Source of the DNA: Morganella morganii
GTDB lineage: Bacteria; Pseudomonadota; Gammaproteobacteria; Enterobacterales; Enterobacteriaceae
Length of the DNA stretch: 24,000 nt
Assembly: GCF_041099235.1 (NCBI RefSeq)
Contig: NZ_JBFZSO010000005.1
Span: 36,465-60,464, forward strand
Direction of reading: 5' to 3'
This document shows positions 21,803 through 24,000 of the stretch, one piece after another. How positions within the stretch are numbered: position 1 is the first letter of the stretch; every line of letters starts with the position of its first letter. The notes beneath the pieces were generated by a model. That model was not told where the DNA came from. It made no database searches and saw only the letters and a list, made by a program, of their open reading frames with translations. The translations under genes and the position numbers were made by a program.

Positions 21803-22669
21803 TTACACGCGTTTAAAGACAGACGGGACTTTCTGCGGCTCTTTGTTTTTACCGTTGCCGTTCTGTGACGACGATTTCGGCGCGGATTCCTGTGATTTCT
21901 CCGCCGCTGTGTCTGCTTTTTCAGACTGCTTCAGCTCAGTCACCGCTGCCGGTTTATTATTTTCCGGGCGGGACTGCGGTGCCTGTGCGGCACCTGCTTT
22001 ACCGGCAGGGGCATACGGCTCTGACTGGCCGATAAAGGTACCGCCTTTGCGGATAGAGAAATTCGAGGCCCGGCAGACGCCGTTCAGTTCACCGTGATCA
22101 AGAATCTCCAGCTGTTCGGCGGTACAGGTTCCGGTCAGCACGCCGTCAATCAGCAGGGTTTCAGCAAAAATATCCCCCTCCACCATACCGGACTGCATAA
22201 TGCTGACCGAGCCGGAACGGGCTTTGATTTGTCCCTTGATTTTACCCCAGATTTGCAGGTTACCGCTGATTTCAATATCACCGGTCAGACGGGTTTCTTT
22301 GCTGATAACCGTCGGCTGGCGGGATTCAAGAGATGCCAGCGGGCGCTGTTTTTCTTCACCGCGTGCTGACAGCAGTTGGGTAATCTCATTTGCCTGAGCA
22401 CTGAGTTCAGCTGCTTTTCGTTCCTCTTCTTCTTTTTCTTCTCTGGTTTTTTGCAACGGTGCCGCAACCGGCTCCGCTTCAGGGATATCTGCTTGTTTTT
22501 TCTTACCGAACATGACGTTTTTCCTTTTCCTTTCCGGGAGAATCGTAATAGCACAGATAACGGCGGCGATACCCGTTAAATAAACAGGCCACGATGCGTG
22601 TCCGGCTATCACTGCATACAGTAACAATCCCCATAAAAACCAAAGGGATGTCAGCATAATATTAAGCAT
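21803..22669 (-). CDS. ccmA: Membrane-anchored bactofilin (CcmA-like): two N-terminal TM helices, a bactofilin (DUF583) beta-helix domain and a low-complexity tail
   Basis: From ATG 22669: MLNIMLTSLWFLWGLLLYAVIAG...VYLTGIAAVICAITIL (2 TM), ERKRKNV, then MFGKKK. Next comes a charged linker, then repetitive G-x-I/V bactofilin windings (TRLTGDIEISGNLQIWGKIKGQIKA.SGSVSIMQSGMVEGDIFAETLLIDGVLTG...), then a P/A/Q/K/S-rich tail. The track ORF extends upstream to 22858 without a credible RBS. There is an internal in-frame ATG at 22513. Confidence 0.75.
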   Translation of the reverse strand: MLNIMLTSLWFLWGLLLYAVIAGHASWPVYLTGIAAVICAITILPERKRKNVMFGKKKQADIPEAEPVAAPLQKTREEKEEEERKAAELSAQANEITQLLSARGEEKQRPLASLESRQPTVISKETRLTGDIEISGNLQIWGKIKGQIKARSGSVSIMQSGMVEGDIFAETLLIDGVLTGTCTAEQLEILDHGELNGVCRASNFSIRKGGTFIGQSEPYAPAGKAGAAQAPQSRPENNKPAAVTELKQSEKADTAAEKSQESAPKSSSQNGNGKNKEPQKVPSVFKRV

Positions 22670-22933
22670 GGCAGACCTTTGTGATGGTATTTTTACGTTA
22701 CGGAAGATACTTTTGCATATTGTACGCAGCCGCCGCGCCGGTAAAGGGCGGATTAAGAGCAGTATCAGTATGTAATCAGGGAAATAGAGAAAGCGGTGAC
22801 TATAGCCGGATACACTCCGTGTACCCTGAGACAGCATCCCTTCATTACAATCCGTCACCGCCCTCTCAGGTGTTTACCTTAACTGAAGAGGGCAGAATAA
22901 AAATATCACAATTACGTCAGGATTTTATCCCTC

Positions 22934-23557
22934 TCAAGCCCCTGTCGTCCCCCGGATTTTTCCGCCTTCTGCTGCTAAGCGGTATTGTGCCAGCGCCTCT
23001 GCCTCTTCAGGTTCATGCGTGACCAGAATCGTGGTGATCCCTTCTTCTTTCAGCAGATTAATCTGCGGCCATAACTGTCTGCGGGTCGCCCAATCCAGCC
23101 CGGAGAACGGTTCATCCAGCAACAACAGTGCCGGCGGTGAGATCAGTGCGCGGGCAAGTGCCACCCGCTGCTGTTCCCCGCCGGAAATCTGATGCGGAAA
23201 ACGCGCCGCCAGATGTGCCACCTGCATTTTATCCAGCAGTGCCAGAGCCTGTGATTTATCCCGCTTTAACCCGGCGGCATATTGTGCAAGCCGTAAATTA
23301 CCCATAACCGTCAGCCACGGAAACAACCACAGCCGCTGATTAAGATAACGGCAGGGACGTTTCCAGACCGGCAGCGGATTCAGGGGAACATCCCCGAGCC
23401 GTATGGTGCCCTGATAAGGCAGATAACCGGCAATGCAGTTCAGTAATGTGGTTTTTCCGCTGCCGGAAGGACCGCAGATCGCGGTACATTGTCCGCGCGG
23501 CAGTGTCAGCGAGAGATCCTGCAGGATCCCTGCACTCAGATGTTCAACGTGCAGCAT
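22934..23557 (-). CDS. ABC transporter ATP-binding protein (short, no C-terminal regulatory domain)
   Basis: Walker A GPSGSGKTT, Q-loop, signature ISGGEQQRVALARAL, Walker B LLLLDEPFSGLD and H-loop VTHE. Its start overlaps the upstream permease stop by 14 nt. Confidence 0.85.
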   Translation of the reverse strand: MLHVEHLSAGILQDLSLTLPRGQCTAICGPSGSGKTTLLNCIAGYLPYQGTIRLGDVPLNPLPVWKRPCRYLNQRLWLFPWLTVMGNLRLAQYAAGLKRDKSQALALLDKMQVAHLAARFPHQISGGEQQRVALARALISPPALLLLDEPFSGLDWATRRQLWPQINLLKEEGITTILVTHEPEEAEALAQYRLAAEGGKIRGTTGA

Positions 23558-24000
23558 GTGAAGGTTGCCTTTTCAGCCGGTGCAATGCGACCAGCAGAAC
23601 AATCGCCAGTGCCATCAGGATCAGTGCGCAGCCGAGCGCGAGGGAAAAATCACCGCTGGCAATATTAAGATAAATAGCCATCGGCAGGGTTTCGGTTTTA
23701 AAGCGGGTGGCCCCGGCCAGCATCAGTGTGGCACCGAACTCCCCCAGCGCCCTGGAATAGGCGAGGATCCCGCCGCTCAGCAATCCCTGCAGACACAGCG
23801 GAATTTCCGCCAGCAGCAGGGTTTTTCCGGGGGTCAGCCCGAGATTCATTGCTGTGCGGACATAAGCCGGATCCACCGAGGCAAACGCTCCCTGCGCCGA
23901 ACGGTACAGCACCGCTGACGCGACATAGGTCTGGGCGATAATCACACCCAGCGGAGAAAACAGCCAGCGCCCCAATTGCGGAAAAACCCCGGCCAGCGGG
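23544..24000 (-). CDS. ABC transporter permease, CysTW/ModB-like (molybdate/tungstate/sulfate type), C-terminal part only
   Basis: The frame is open to the right edge of the window (…PLAGVFPQLGRWLFSPLGVIIAQTYV…). It has an EAA-loop region (A.NLG.....LL.AEIPL) and SRALGEFGATLMLAG, reminiscent of ModB-type permeases. The 'M' at 23975 in the track is an internal TTG. Confidence 0.7.
   Translation of the reverse strand, partial: PLAGVFPQLGRWLFSPLGVIIAQTYVASAVLYRSAQGAFASVDPAYVRTAMNLGLTPGKTLLLAEIPLCLQGLLSGGILAYSRALGEFGATLMLAGATRFKTETLPMAIYLNIASGDFSLALGCALILMALAIVLLVALHRLKRQPSHAAR

Noticed and set aside
22670-22858. In-frame upstream extension of the bactofilin ORF (GTG 22858 or ATG 22837)
   Set aside because: There is no usable SD spacing (0-2 nt), the peptide is implausible (…RPLPARRLRTICKSIFRNVKIPSQRSA), and the ATG at 22669 has AAAGG at a 6-nt spacing.

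Overview
This is a 24 kb chromosomal window from an enterobacterial genome. By eye it looks like Morganellaceae (Morganella, Proteus or Providencia): about 50% GC and a membrane-anchored CcmA-type bactofilin. That organism call is inference only. All homology calls are by-eye comparison with remembered E. coli/Salmonella/Proteus proteins; I ran no searches.

Gene order, left to right:
- galR (5' part, minus strand), then ygjH (tRNA-binding protein).
- galM-galK-galT-galE, a complete Leloir operon on the minus strand.
- A divergent control region containing a perfect GalR operator.
- ebgR-ebgA-ebgC plus a ygjI-like APC permease.
- An orphan lipoprotein, a ybbY-like NCS2 permease, and a divergent ghrB.
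- A visibly AT-richer islet holding a small membrane-anchored orphan and a Mig-14-like protein.
- A CDF cation exporter, then a run of small monocistronic stress genes: uspF-like, psiE, eco, ydcH-like, yecH-like, dinI, ygbA.
- A GNAT acetyltransferase, the bactofilin, and the end of a ModB-type ABC transporter (ATPase plus truncated permease).

Regulatory sites readable in the sequence:
- A 16-bp perfect GalR operator plus a CRP-like site and -10 arranged as at E. coli galP1.
- A LexA box on dinI.
- A strong NsrR-type box in front of the yecH-like gene.
- A candidate Pho box for psiE.
- Many Rho-independent terminators.
- A recurring TTTTACTAA motif. It forms a perfect 19-bp palindrome in front of ebgA and recurs in front of ebgR and ygjH.

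I see no CRISPR array, tRNA/rRNA, IS element, integrase, reverse transcriptase or defence-island hallmark. I cannot honestly point to a convincing undescribed multi-gene system. The least explained parts are:
- the TTTTACTAA operator-like motif family;
- the gal/ebg fusion locus;
- the Mig-14-like islet;
- the NsrR box on a DUF2492 gene;
- the two-start membrane bactofilin;
- an SD-sequestering hairpin in front of the GNAT gene.
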